From: Rickettsiales bacterium
GTDB lineage: Bacteria; Pseudomonadota; Alphaproteobacteria; Methylaequorales; Methylaequoraceae
DNA: 35,864 bases
Assembly (NCBI GenBank): GCA_002715305.1
Contig: PAYV01000006.1
Span: forward strand, 4,885-40,748
Reading direction: 5' to 3'
Shown: one piece after another, positions 19,968 to 29,553 of the stretch
Layout: each line of letters starts with the position of its first letter
How positions within the stretch are numbered: position 1 is the stretch's first letter
The notes under the pieces: model-generated
What the model was told of the DNA's origin: nothing
Seen by the model: the letters and a program-made list of their open reading frames with translations, nothing else
Databases searched by the model: none
Made by a program: the position numbers and the translations under genes

Positions 19968-21108
19968 TTAATTCCTCGTAAACACTTAGGGTTTTATTTA
20001 ACATTTGTTGAAGACTAAATTTTTCTACAACTCTCTTTCTTGCATTTTTTCCAACTAAATCTTTTTTATTTTGAGGCAAATCAAGAACTTGAATTATTTT
20101 ATCTGCGAGCAATTCTGAATTACCTGGTTCAACTAGCCAGCCTGTAATGTTATTTTCAATTATTTCTCTCGATCCCCCATGATTTGAAGCAATTATTGGT
20201 TTTGTCATTGATGATGCTTCAGCAGATACCCTTCCAAAAGCTTCTGGCTCTATGGATGTTGATAAAACTATATCGGCAGTAGAGTAAACCGCAGGCATAT
20301 CCATTAAATGTCCGCAAAAAGAAAACCTATTTTCTAATTTTGACTCTGTAATTTTTTTTTCTAGTTTTCTCAAAAGATTATTTCTATTTTGGGCAGAACC
20401 TACAAATATAAATAAAAAGTTTAAGTCAGGTTTTTTTTTAGAAATAATTTTAGCTGCGTCTATTGCAATTTCATGACCTTTCCAAGAAGTAATTCTTCCT
20501 GGAAGTAAAATAATATGAGTGTTTTCTGCAATAGATAAACTTGATAAGAAGTTTTCTTTTCTTGTTTGAGCTATTGAACTAATATCAAAATATGCGGTGT
20601 CAATACCCCTATTAATTTTTACTAATCTATTTTTGCATTCTGGAAAAAAAAGTCTTATATGGTCGTCAATAAATTTAGAAATAGAGATAACTTTGTCACC
20701 TTTAGTCATTAATTTATTATAACTTCTTTTAAGAAGAAATTTATTACCACTGTAAGTTCCATGATAGGTTGTAACAAGAGGAATTCTTTTTTTTTTTATA
20801 ATATTAGAAAAGCAGAATGAAGGCCATCTACTTCTTATGTGAACAATATCAGGATTCAGTTCATCAAGAATTTTGTTAAATTGTTTTCTTGAAGATAAAA
20901 AATTTAAAACCCCTTTTTTGTTAAGTTTAATTTCATGATGAGAGACACCCTTATATTTGTATTTTTCTGCCATATCACCGCCAGATGATATAATCGCAGA
21001 ATTGTATCCATGATCAATAACTGTTTTAGCAACATCAAGTGTTCCTCTTTCAACTCCACCACCACTTTGGTCTAATGATGGTAGTATCTGAAGTAAAGTT
21101 TTTTTCAT
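19936..21108 (-). CDS. Glycosyltransferase family 4 (GT-B, RfaG/WaaG-like)
   Basis: SGGGVERGTLDVA N-terminal motif and the E-x7-E region EPEAFGRVSAEASSMTKPIIASNHGGSREII. Confidence 0.8.
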   Translation of the reverse strand: MKKTLLQILPSLDQSGGGVERGTLDVAKTVIDHGYNSAIISSGGDMAEKYKYKGVSHHEIKLNKKGVLNFLSSRKQFNKILDELNPDIVHIRSRWPSFCFSNIIKKKRIPLVTTYHGTYSGNKFLLKRSYNKLMTKGDKVISISKFIDDHIRLFFPECKNRLVKINRGIDTAYFDISSIAQTRKENFLSSLSIAENTHIILLPGRITSWKGHEIAIDAAKIISKKKPDLNFLFIFVGSAQNRNNLLRKLEKKITESKLENRFSFCGHLMDMPAVYSTADIVLSTSIEPEAFGRVSAEASSMTKPIIASNHGGSREIIENNITGWLVEPGNSELLADKIIQVLDLPQNKKDLVGKNARKRVVEKFSLQQMLNKTLSVYEELIEKHKKNSNN

Positions 21109-21974
21109 TGAAAATTCTTAAAAATACTGTCAATTCCTAATTTATAGTTTCTATATTTAGGTGTCCAATTTAATATTTTTTTTATTTTTTTATTAGATAC
21201 TTTTTTATTGTCATAATAAAAACTTTTTGTCATTTCACTAATACCTATGTCCTCTAAAGCTAAAGATGGTGGAGGTTTTTTTTTAAGAAGTTTACATGCA
21301 TAATCAATTGGCATGTGAGATTCACATGGATAGTCATCAGTCAAATTGAAAATTTCACCTGGAGTAGGTTTGTTAAAACTTTTTATGATTGCATTTGAAA
21401 TATCTTCTACATGAATTCTAGAAAAAAAATGTTTTTTTTTAATTATTCTTAGAGGATTCTCTGAATTTAATCTTTCAAAAACTGAACGATTGGGTCCGTA
21501 TATTCCTGGCAATCTAAAGATATGAATAGGAATATTTTTTAATTTAAACATTGATAAATATTCATCTTCAGCCTTTAGTCTTAGTATTCCTCTTTTAGAC
21601 GTCGGGTTAGTTTTACTTTCTTCATTTACCCATTCTCCATCATGGTTTCCATAAACACTCGTTGCTGAAAGATACCCAACCCATTTTAAAGTTTTTTTAA
21701 TATCAACTTTTTTTAAAAATTCTCTAATAATAATGTCTCCGAATTCAAAAGGAGGAATTGAATTTAAAATATGTGTAATATTTTTTGAATAGTCTACATT
21801 ACTTAAAAATTCATCTAAGGTAATTCTTTTCAAGTTTAATTTTGAATCAAAATATTCTTTCTTTAAATTTTGTTTATGTGTACATAAAATTTGAGTATCA
21901 CTTGGTAGTTTTGGAATTATATACTTTGAACAATATCCTGCCCCAAAAAAAACAACTTTCATTTTAGTCAACAT
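21105..21974 (-). CDS. NAD(P)-binding SDR-family oxidoreductase (epimerase/dehydratase-like)
   Basis: Rossmann N-terminus KVVFFGAGYCSKY and RLPGIYGP. The alternative ATG at 21962 (MKVVFFGAGY) would remove the overlap with the LysR gene. Confidence 0.7.
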   Translation of the reverse strand: MLTKMKVVFFGAGYCSKYIIPKLPSDTQILCTHKQNLKKEYFDSKLNLKRITLDEFLSNVDYSKNITHILNSIPPFEFGDIIIREFLKKVDIKKTLKWVGYLSATSVYGNHDGEWVNEESKTNPTSKRGILRLKAEDEYLSMFKLKNIPIHIFRLPGIYGPNRSVFERLNSENPLRIIKKKHFFSRIHVEDISNAIIKSFNKPTPGEIFNLTDDYPCESHMPIDYACKLLKKKPPPSLALEDIGISEMTKSFYYDNKKVSNKKIKKILNWTPKYRNYKLGIDSIFKNFQ

Positions 21975-22857
21975 TGATTTGATTTTTTATCCAATCGAAA
22001 GCAGGATGATTTGTTAGTTCTTTGTGCCATAAAAGTTTTGTATGTCTAATTTCTAAATCTATGGGTAGTTCTAAAATAGAAAACCCATAATTTTTAGCCA
22101 TTCTTTGAGCAGTTTTCGAGGGTAATGTTAATATTAGATCGGTATTTTTTATGAACAGAGGAGCTAAAGAAATTAAATCTATTCTTATATAAATTTTTCG
22201 TTCTAGATCTAATTGATTTAATGCTCTGTCAATAGGCGAAACATTAGCACTCACAGGAGCCACCCTAAGATGGCGCGATTTTAGATATTGTTCTATTGAT
22301 AACTTATTTTCTGATGCCAACTTGTGATTGTTTTTTAAAATACATACATATTTTTCTGAAAAAAGATTTTTACTTCCAAATCTTTTTGGAACCGACTCAA
22401 ATCTTCCAACAGCATAATCAATTTCATTGTTATCTAAAAGCTTAATGGCTTCTATCCCTTGTTCAGATCTTATTATCAATGAAGATTGAGGCGAATTCTT
22501 TTCAAGATACTTTGATAGATTTGGAAGAATTAAAGGAGCCACATCATCAGACATAGAAATTCTATATGATTTTTTAGTAGTATATGGATCAAAGTTTATT
22601 GATGACAAAGATAGTTCAAGATTATTTAATGCAGTATTAATTGGTAATGACAGTTCATTAGCTCTTGGCGTTGGTCTCATGCCTTTGGGGCCACGAATAA
22701 ATAATTCATCTTTAACCAAATACCTTAATCTATTTAAAGCATTACTCATTGCTGGTTGGGTAATTCCTACTTTTTTACTTGCTCTAGTTACATTTCTTTC
22801 TTCAAAAAGCGCCCTAAAAACTACTAAAAGATTGAGATCAAAATTTTTAATATTCAT
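21964..22857 (-). CDS. LysR-family transcriptional regulator
   Basis: MNIKNFDLNLLVVFRALFEERNVTRASKKVGITQPAMSNALNRLR HTH plus a substrate-binding C-terminal domain. I prefer the ATG at 22857 over the ORF-track start at 22881, which adds the atypical extension MILFIIYL. Confidence 0.85.
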   Translation of the reverse strand: MNIKNFDLNLLVVFRALFEERNVTRASKKVGITQPAMSNALNRLRYLVKDELFIRGPKGMRPTPRANELSLPINTALNNLELSLSSINFDPYTTKKSYRISMSDDVAPLILPNLSKYLEKNSPQSSLIIRSEQGIEAIKLLDNNEIDYAVGRFESVPKRFGSKNLFSEKYVCILKNNHKLASENKLSIEQYLKSRHLRVAPVSANVSPIDRALNQLDLERKIYIRIDLISLAPLFIKNTDLILTLPSKTAQRMAKNYGFSILELPIDLEIRHTKLLWHKELTNHPAFDWIKNQINVD

Positions 22858-22954
22858 TAAATAAATTATAAACAATATCATTATTTTAAACAGAAATTTT
22901 TTTATTATATTTTACATTTGTGATAGTATTTCATTCAAGTAGAGGAGATGTATT

Positions 22955-23770
22955 GTGCTCATTGTAATAATCTATTCTTTTATTCAAGGACTAACAGAGT
23001 TTATACCAGTAAGTTCTCAAGGTCATCTAATTGTATTTGATAGTTTTTATTCAGTTGAAAATTATACAAAATTAACGATTCTCCAATTAAATATTCTGGC
23101 CCATTTTGGATCCTTGTTTGCAATTTTAATATACTACTTTAGAACAATTTGGAGTCTAGCTAAGTCAATTTTTTTTATAATGCGCCCAGATATTGATAGA
23201 AATGCTAATATTTTATTAAATCTTATCATTTCTTCGGTTCCAATTTTTTTTGTTGGGTTTTATTTTGCAAAGTATTTTAAAATAAATAATGATCTATTGC
23301 TTCTTATTATAGGACTGAGCAGTATAATTTTTGGAATAGTTCTGTATTTTATAGATAGATTTTGTTTAAGAATTAGAAATCTTGATACTATAACATTTAC
23401 TGGATCTTTTTTTATTGGTTTAAGCCAATGCTTAGCACTTATACCTGGTGTTAGTAGATCAGGTGCTGTATTAACGTTCATGCGTTTTAATGGATTCAGT
23501 AGACAGAATTCTGTTTTTTATACTAATTTATTGGCAATACCAGTATTATTTGGCGCCATGGGGTATCTTATTATTGAAAATTTCTATCAAGTAATTAATT
23601 ACAATTTTTTTAATCTTTATTCTATTGTCGTTTTTATTTGTTCATTTTTTTTTTCTATTTTATTTATTCATTTTTTTGTTTCTTGGGTTAGAAATTTTTC
23701 TTTAGCTTTATTTGTTTACTACAGGGTTATTTTTGGCCTTCTTGTACTTTTTTTATTTTATTATAAATAA
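22955..23770 (+). CDS. uppP: Undecaprenyl-diphosphate phosphatase
   Basis: GLTEFIPVSSQGHL and PGVSRSGAVLT motifs in a polytopic membrane protein. GTG start preceded by GAGGAG at 22942-22947. Confidence 0.9.
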   Translation: MLIVIIYSFIQGLTEFIPVSSQGHLIVFDSFYSVENYTKLTILQLNILAHFGSLFAILIYYFRTIWSLAKSIFFIMRPDIDRNANILLNLIISSVPIFFVGFYFAKYFKINNDLLLLIIGLSSIIFGIVLYFIDRFCLRIRNLDTITFTGSFFIGLSQCLALIPGVSRSGAVLTFMRFNGFSRQNSVFYTNLLAIPVLFGAMGYLIIENFYQVINYNFFNLYSIVVFICSFFFSILFIHFFVSWVRNFSLALFVYYRVIFGLLVLFLFYYK

Positions 23771-24714
23771 CTACCAATTATTACTTCCATTGATTTTGGG
23801 TTTTTAATGTATCTTGATAAATTTTTAAACCCCTGCATTGAAACACTATTTACAGTTAAAAGCTTGAGTTGATCAGAAGTAATTATAGGTTGCGGTAAAA
23901 ATTTTGAAAACAATGCTAATGGCTTTGCAAGAAAAAAAGGGAGTGGGAAATAGATTCTTTTTCTTTTCTTTGTTTGTAAAATTACATCATAAATTTCGTC
24001 AAAACTCTTGACATATGGTCCAGCTAACTCAAATGATTTTCCTTTCTTTTGTGAAGTTAAAATCAAAAATTTAACAAGATCACCTACATATATAGGTTGA
24101 AATTTTACTTTAAAATTAAAATCAATTATTGGAAGATAATTTTTAAAGCTAATTTTTGGTGTTCCGATTAATGGTAAAGCCGGACTAAAGGCAGAAATTT
24201 TTGAAAAAAGATTTGTGAAATTATCTCCTTTTCCAAAAACAACACTTGGTTTTAAAATGATGACATTGGGAAATATAGATTTAATTTCATTTTCTCCTTC
24301 ATATTTTGAATTTGCGTATTCAGAGAATCTTGATTTTTCAACCTTTAATACTGATAAATGAATAAAAGTATCTATACCAAGTTTTTTCACTACTTTTGAT
24401 ATAGCTTTTGGTATTTCAACATGTGTTTGATAAAACTTAGATTTTTTAGTTTCATATAAAATTCCAATCAGGTTTATAACTACATCCGATCCTTTTAATA
24501 CATTTTCAATATTTTTCTCAGAAAAATCATTGATTTTTTTTATTGAAACTTGACCAGGTTCACCGGAAAAAAATTTTTTTTTTTTTTTTTGGGGATTTCT
24601 TGAGATAATTTCAATTTGACAAGAAAGTTTGCACAAAGAATTTACAAGGTGATTTCCAATAAATCCACTACCTCCAAAAACAATTACTTTTTTTCCATTA
24701 TAATATGACAACAT
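23761..24714 (-). CDS. NAD(P)H-binding SDR, complex I NDUFA9 (39-kDa subunit)-like
   Basis: KVIVFGGSGFIGNHLV Rossmann motif and YANSK (YxxxK). 317 aa, typical of alphaproteobacterial NDUFA9-like proteins. Contains an in-frame homopolymer that is A17 in mRNA sense. Confidence 0.7.
   Translation of the reverse strand: MLSYYNGKKVIVFGGSGFIGNHLVNSLCKLSCQIEIISRNPQKKKKKFFSGEPGQVSIKKINDFSEKNIENVLKGSDVVINLIGILYETKKSKFYQTHVEIPKAISKVVKKLGIDTFIHLSVLKVEKSRFSEYANSKYEGENEIKSIFPNVIILKPSVVFGKGDNFTNLFSKISAFSPALPLIGTPKISFKNYLPIIDFNFKVKFQPIYVGDLVKFLILTSQKKGKSFELAGPYVKSFDEIYDVILQTKKRKRIYFPLPFFLAKPLALFSKFLPQPIITSDQLKLLTVNSVSMQGFKNLSRYIKNPKSMEVIIGSYL
24574..24590 (-). repeat. T17 on the plus strand (A17 in mRNA sense), preceded by A7. 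In-frame inside the NDUFA9-like SDR gene.
   Basis: Counted directly. The minus-strand codons read CAA AAA x5 TTT TTT TCC (QKKKKKFFS). Confidence 0.95.
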
Positions 24715-24786
24715 TAATAATTTTTTTATATTAATTATTAGTTAAGTTAGGTATTAATTAATAACATAATTAATTTTTTTCAAGAA

Positions 24787-25434
24787 ATGAAAACTTTTAA
24801 AACAAGTGATTGCGAAATCTTTTTGCATAACAATGACCTACCCTCTGACATTGACTATGAAAAAGTTATTTCAGTGGATACAGAAACAACAGGTTTATCA
24901 TTAGTAAGAGACAATCTTTGTTTAATTCAAATTGGAATTTCTTCAAAAAGATGTCATATAGTGAAATTTGAGAGAGATTTTTTTGAAAAAAAAACCCCAC
25001 CAAAAAATTTAATAAAGTTAATGAATAATGATAAGATTGAGAAAATATATCACTATGCTAGATTTGACGTAGCAATGATAAAAAGATTTTTTGGGGTTTA
25101 TACTAAAAATATTTTCTGTACGAAAATAGCCTCTAAATTAGTAAGAACTTACACAGATAAACATGGTTTGAAAGATTTGTGCAAAGATTTGCTTAATGTT
25201 GACTTAAATAAATCACAACAAACAACGGATTGGTTTTCAAAAAATTTAAGCGAAAGCCAATTAAAGTATGCAGCAAATGATGTAATTCATCTTTTTGACT
25301 TAAAAAACAAATTAAAAAAAATGTTAGTTAGGGAAGAAAGATTAGAACTTGCTGACAAAATATTTAGTTTTATCCCATCAAGAGTTGAACTGGATCTTTT
25401 AGATTGGCATGATATTGACATTTTTTCTCATTAA
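24787..25434 (+). CDS. 3'-5' exonuclease, short RNase D-like (DEDDy family)
   Basis: Exo motifs VDTETTGL, HYARFDVAMI and YAANDVIHL in a 215-aa protein. Confidence 0.75.
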   Translation: MKTFKTSDCEIFLHNNDLPSDIDYEKVISVDTETTGLSLVRDNLCLIQIGISSKRCHIVKFERDFFEKKTPPKNLIKLMNNDKIEKIYHYARFDVAMIKRFFGVYTKNIFCTKIASKLVRTYTDKHGLKDLCKDLLNVDLNKSQQTTDWFSKNLSESQLKYAANDVIHLFDLKNKLKKMLVREERLELADKIFSFIPSRVELDLLDWHDIDIFSH

Positions 25435-25436
25435 AG

Positions 25437-26378
25437 ATGGAACTTATAACAGGAAAATCAGTTATCGAACAAGAAATTAAGGCCTTAAATTTGTTAATTA
25501 AGGGTTTAGCAAAACCTTTCAAAAAAGCAGTTAATGTTTTGTTCGAGGTAAATGGAAAAATCATAATTTCAGGAATTGGAAAAAGCGGTCATATAGGGTC
25601 TAAAATCTCTTCTACTCTTTCATCAATTGGTTCTCCTTCATTTTTTATTCATCCCAGCGAAGCTAATCATGGGGATTTAGGTATGATAACAAAAAAAGAC
25701 TGTGCAATTCTAATCTCTAATTCAGGTGAAACATCAGAATTGTTTAATTTGATTCTTCATTGTAAAAAATTAAAGATACCAATTATTTCAATTACAAGTA
25801 ATTTAAAAAGTACGCTGGCTATGAAGTCTGATATTATTTTACAAATTCCTCAGAATGTTGAAGCATGTCCTCTTGAATTAGCTCCTACAAGCTCAACAAC
25901 CTGTATGCTTGTATTGGGAGATGCATTAGCTGTAACTTTATTAAAAAAGAGACAATTTACCTCCAAAGATTTTTTAGAACTTCATCCAGGAGGAAAACTT
26001 GGTCAAATGCTTTTAAAAGTTAGTGATGTGATGAAAAAAAAAAATCAGATTCCTCTGATTTCTATACATAAAAAAGTTGATTCAGCAATTCTTGAAATGA
26101 GTTCAAAAGGCCAGGGTTGTGTTGGAGTTGTTTCTAAAAAAGACAATCAATTATGTGGGATTATTACTGATGGCGATTTAAGGAGACACATGTCACCAGA
26201 TTTACTTACAAAAAATGTTAGTGAAATAATGACAAAGGACCCTAAAACTTTAAAACCAGAAACTCTAGTTTCCAGAGCAATAGATTTAATGAATAAACAA
26301 TCAATAACTAATTATTTTATTACTCAAAATAAAAAGCCAATTGGTATAATTCATTTGCATGATATCTTAAGAAATTAG
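25437..26378 (+). CDS. kdsD: Arabinose-5-phosphate isomerase (KdsD/KpsF; SIS domain plus two CBS domains)
   Basis: GIGKSGHIGSKISSTLSSIGSPSFFIHPSEANHGDLG SIS motif, a C-terminal CBS pair, and a position upstream of lptC-lptA-lptB. Confidence 0.9.
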   Translation: MELITGKSVIEQEIKALNLLIKGLAKPFKKAVNVLFEVNGKIIISGIGKSGHIGSKISSTLSSIGSPSFFIHPSEANHGDLGMITKKDCAILISNSGETSELFNLILHCKKLKIPIISITSNLKSTLAMKSDIILQIPQNVEACPLELAPTSSTTCMLVLGDALAVTLLKKRQFTSKDFLELHPGGKLGQMLLKVSDVMKKKNQIPLISIHKKVDSAILEMSSKGQGCVGVVSKKDNQLCGIITDGDLRRHMSPDLLTKNVSEIMTKDPKTLKPETLVSRAIDLMNKQSITNYFITQNKKPIGIIHLHDILRN

Positions 26379-26380
26379 AC

Positions 26381-26983
26381 ATGAAAGATTTAAAAAAAAA
26401 AATGACTTATACTTTTTTTGTTAAAGCTATGAAATATAGCCTAATGATGTTAGCGATAGGTATAATATTTCTTGCTTTGTATAATAGGAATTCATTAAAA
26501 TTAGACTTAACATTAGAAAATAATAAGATTACAGATGAATTTTTTAACAGTAGTCAGGTTCTTATAGGTCCTAAATTTTTAGGTCTTGATAAAAAAAAAC
26601 AACCATATAAAGTTTCTGCGTCAAAGGCTATGAAAATTAATAATAAAATTGACATATTCAATCTTGAGGATCCAAAAGGAGAAATAACAAGTTCCTCGGA
26701 GATTTTTTTTTTGGAAGGTAATGAAGGAATTTTTGATAAACCTAATCAATTTTTAAAATTAAAAGGTGAAGTTATTTTTAGTGATAAAAAAAAATTTTCA
26801 TTTCATACCTCTGAAGCAACTATGGATTTTAAAAAAAAAATTATTTTGGGTAAAGAAAAGGTTTCTGGAAAGAAGAAAAATTCAACAATTTTTGCTGAGG
26901 GATTTCAAATTGAACAAAAAACTAATAAAATAATATTTACAGGTAAATCTAAACTTACCCTTTTGAAAAATAATGATGAATAA
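26381..26983 (+). CDS. lptC: LPS export system protein LptC
   Basis: 200 aa with a single N-terminal transmembrane anchor and a beta-rich periplasmic domain. Its position between kdsD and lptA is the conserved one. The sequence itself is weakly diagnostic. Confidence 0.7.
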   Translation: MKDLKKKMTYTFFVKAMKYSLMMLAIGIIFLALYNRNSLKLDLTLENNKITDEFFNSSQVLIGPKFLGLDKKKQPYKVSASKAMKINNKIDIFNLEDPKGEITSSSEIFFLEGNEGIFDKPNQFLKLKGEVIFSDKKKFSFHTSEATMDFKKKIILGKEKVSGKKKNSTIFAEGFQIEQKTNKIIFTGKSKLTLLKNNDE

Positions 26984-27785
26984 AAAAATTTTTTTAAGTT
27001 TTTTTGTATTGCTTCTCCTCAGCTTTTTTAAAGAAGATATTAATGCTAATCAATCTGAAGAACCAATTGAAATCTATGCTGATGAAGGGATCGAATGGCA
27101 TAAAAATGAAAAAAAATACGTGGCTATTGGAAATGCTAAAGCAACTCAGGGAACATTATCTCTTAAATCAGATCTAATTGAGGCCTTTTATGAGGAAAAC
27201 AGTAACTCAGAAATGGACATCATAAAAGTTCAAGCTCACAAAAATGTACTGGTCACTGATGACAAAGTAAAAATTAGTGGAGGCAAATCTGCCGAATTTA
27301 ATGTAGCTAAAGACTATTTCAAGATTACAGGAAAAAAATTACAACTTACATCTGAACTAGATAAACTTAATGCTAATAAAAAAATAGAATATTGGCGAAC
27401 TAAAAATATTGCTGTTGCAACCGGTAAAGCAGTAGCTATAAAAAAAAATGAGTTTGTTATCAAAGGGGAAAAATTAGTATGGCATATTGAAAAAAAAGGT
27501 GAAAAAATGGATATAAAAAAAATCTTAGGTTTTGAAAATGTTTCTATTGAGACCAACAATGAAGTAGCATTTAGTGATAAAGCTCTCTATAATAAAAATA
27601 AAGAAATATGCAAGTTATTCGGTAATGTACGTTTGCAAAAAGGCGAAAGTTTTTTGTTTGGAGATTATGCAGAGGTAGATTTAAAAAAAGGAATTAGTAA
27701 ACTTATGCCTGCACCCACTAAGAATAAAAAAGAAGAGAGAGTAAAAGCACTTATCAATAAGGAAGGATTAAAAACGAATGAATGA
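26973..27785 (+). CDS. lptA: LPS transport periplasmic protein LptA (OstA-like)
   Basis: Signal peptide and an OstA-like repeat pattern (IEIYADEGIEWHKNEKKYVAIGNAKATQG...). Sits directly upstream of lptB and overlaps it. Confidence 0.75.
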   Translation: MMNKKIFLSFFVLLLLSFFKEDINANQSEEPIEIYADEGIEWHKNEKKYVAIGNAKATQGTLSLKSDLIEAFYEENSNSEMDIIKVQAHKNVLVTDDKVKISGGKSAEFNVAKDYFKITGKKLQLTSELDKLNANKKIEYWRTKNIAVATGKAVAIKKNEFVIKGEKLVWHIEKKGEKMDIKKILGFENVSIETNNEVAFSDKALYNKNKEICKLFGNVRLQKGESFLFGDYAEVDLKKGISKLMPAPTKNKKEERVKALINKEGLKTNE

Positions 27786-28533
27786 TCAGATAGATATTCC
27801 TTTTGTAGCGATAAACAATGTTGGATTGGAAGTAAAAAATATAACTAAATCTTATGATAATAAAAGAGTATTAAATAATGTTTCTGTAAATTTGAATAGA
27901 GGAGAATCGGTTGCAATTCTGGGTCCAAATGGTGCTGGAAAAACAACATTATTTTATATTATTATGGGTTTGCTAAATTCTGAGCATGGATCTATTTTAC
28001 TTGATAAGGATAACATATCTAACTTACCCATGTATAGAAGATCAAAGCTTGGTCTAGGTTATTTACCTCAAGAATCATCAATTTTCAGAGGTATGAATGT
28101 AGAAGACAATATCCTAGCTATATTAGAAAGATCAAAAAAAAGTAAAAGTGAAAAATCTAAGATTTTAGAAGAATTATTAACTGAATTTGGAATTGAGCAT
28201 TTAAGATATGCACCTTCACTTTCTTTATCTGGTGGAGAAAGAAGAAGATTAGAGATTGCAAGATCACTTGCTGCAAATCCAAATTTTATTCTCCTAGATG
28301 AGCCCTTAGCAGGAATAGACCCAATTGCAATTCAAGATGTTAAAAATTTAGTACAAAATTTAAAAAATAAAAATATTGGGGTGCTTATAACTGACCATAA
28401 CGTAAAAAGTACACTTGAAATTGTTGATAGAGCATATATAATTTTCGATGGTAAAGTACTTTTTCAAGGAACTCCGGATCAAATAGTAAAAAATGAAAAT
28501 GTAAGAACTTTTTATTTAGGAAAAAATTTCTGA
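27778..28533 (+). CDS. lptB: LPS export ABC transporter ATP-binding protein LptB
   Basis: Walker A GPNGAGKTT, signature LSGGERRRLEIAR, Walker B ILLDEP, and the H-loop ITDHN. Confidence 0.95.
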   Translation: MNDQIDIPFVAINNVGLEVKNITKSYDNKRVLNNVSVNLNRGESVAILGPNGAGKTTLFYIIMGLLNSEHGSILLDKDNISNLPMYRRSKLGLGYLPQESSIFRGMNVEDNILAILERSKKSKSEKSKILEELLTEFGIEHLRYAPSLSLSGGERRRLEIARSLAANPNFILLDEPLAGIDPIAIQDVKNLVQNLKNKNIGVLITDHNVKSTLEIVDRAYIIFDGKVLFQGTPDQIVKNENVRTFYLGKNF

Positions 28534-29105
28534 CGCAAAATTCAAACATATCAATATCTGGAAAACAAACTAAATTAGGCGTTTCTTTGACCAATTTTGC
28601 TAAAACAACTTTAAAAAAATCAATTTCTAAATATGTTGATAACTTTATTGGTTCCAATATCCAGTTTTCTAAGGACAGAAAAAATTTTAAGTGTGAAATT
28701 GATATTCATGTTGACAGTTCAATTTTTATCAAGGCTGCAGCTGTGAGCGATGATGCATATGACTGTTTTAATATCGCAAATGAAAAAATTAAAAAAAGAA
28801 TAAGAAGATACCACAAGAAATTAACAGATCATCGTTTAAAAAAAAAATCTGTTAAATATCTAGAAGCTAATGAATATATTATTCAGGATCCAGAAAGTAC
28901 CGGAAACAAACTTGATGTCGATAATCCATTAATTATCGCTGAATCTGAGGAAATAATAAAAAATTTGACAGTTAGTGAGGCATTGATGTTTATGAAATTA
29001 AATGACCAAAATGCAATTTTTTTTAAAAATGTAAAAACAAAAAGACTAAATATTTTATTCAAACGCTCTGACGGTAATATAGGATGGTTAGATCCAAAAA
29101 AGTAA
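28530..29105 (+). CDS. hpf: Ribosome hibernation promoting factor, long form (sigma-54 modulation protein family). Start codon uncertain.
   Basis: S30AE-type N-terminus NISISGKQTKLGVSLTNFAKTTLKKSISKY plus a long-HPF C-terminal domain (IIAESEEII...FKRSDGNIGWLDP). The first canonical start (TTG 28587) lies after the conserved first strand, so I extend the call to CTG 28530. ATA 28548 is an alternative. Confidence 0.8.
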   Translation: MTQNSNISISGKQTKLGVSLTNFAKTTLKKSISKYVDNFIGSNIQFSKDRKNFKCEIDIHVDSSIFIKAAAVSDDAYDCFNIANEKIKKRIRRYHKKLTDHRLKKKSVKYLEANEYIIQDPESTGNKLDVDNPLIIAESEEIIKNLTVSEALMFMKLNDQNAIFFKNVKTKRLNILFKRSDGNIGWLDPKK

Positions 29106-29106
29106 A

Positions 29107-29553
29107 ATGAAGCTTAATGAATTTATGACTTTATCATCTATATATCTAGAAGTTGACGTAGATAGTAAAAAAGCTTTATTTAAAGAAATAGGAAAAATAG
29201 CAGAAAAAAAAATAAAAGTAGAATCTATAAAAATTATTGAGAAACTTAATAAAAGAGAGATGCTTGGATCAACTGGAGTTGGTCAGGGTGCGGCGATACC
29301 TCATACGAAAATTGAAGGTATTAGTAAAACTATTGTTTTATTTCTCAAATTAAAAAACTCAATAGACTTTGCATCCCCTGATAAAAGAAATGTAGATCTA
29401 ATCTTTGCTATTATAACTCCTGAGGACACTCAGTCAGAGCACTTATTAATCTTATCATCAATATCAAATTTTCTAAAAAAGGATGGCAATCTTGAAAAAT
29501 TAAGATCATTAAATGATGCTAATAATACTATGAAAATTTTCTCTAAGTACTAA
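29107..29553 (+). CDS. ptsN: PTS EIIA-Ntr (nitrogen regulatory IIA protein)
   Basis: REMLGSTGVGQGAAIPHTKIEG phosphorylation-site motif, 148 aa, directly downstream of hpf. Confidence 0.9.
   Translation: MKLNEFMTLSSIYLEVDVDSKKALFKEIGKIAEKKIKVESIKIIEKLNKREMLGSTGVGQGAAIPHTKIEGISKTIVLFLKLKNSIDFASPDKRNVDLIFAIITPEDTQSEHLLILSSISNFLKKDGNLEKLRSLNDANNTMKIFSKY

Noticed and set aside
22858-22881. Longer N-terminus for the LysR regulator (MILFIIYL...)
   Set aside because: LysR HTH domains begin within a few residues of the N-terminus. The ATG at 22857 gives the canonical MNIKNFDLNLL start, and the extension is hydrophobic and atypical.
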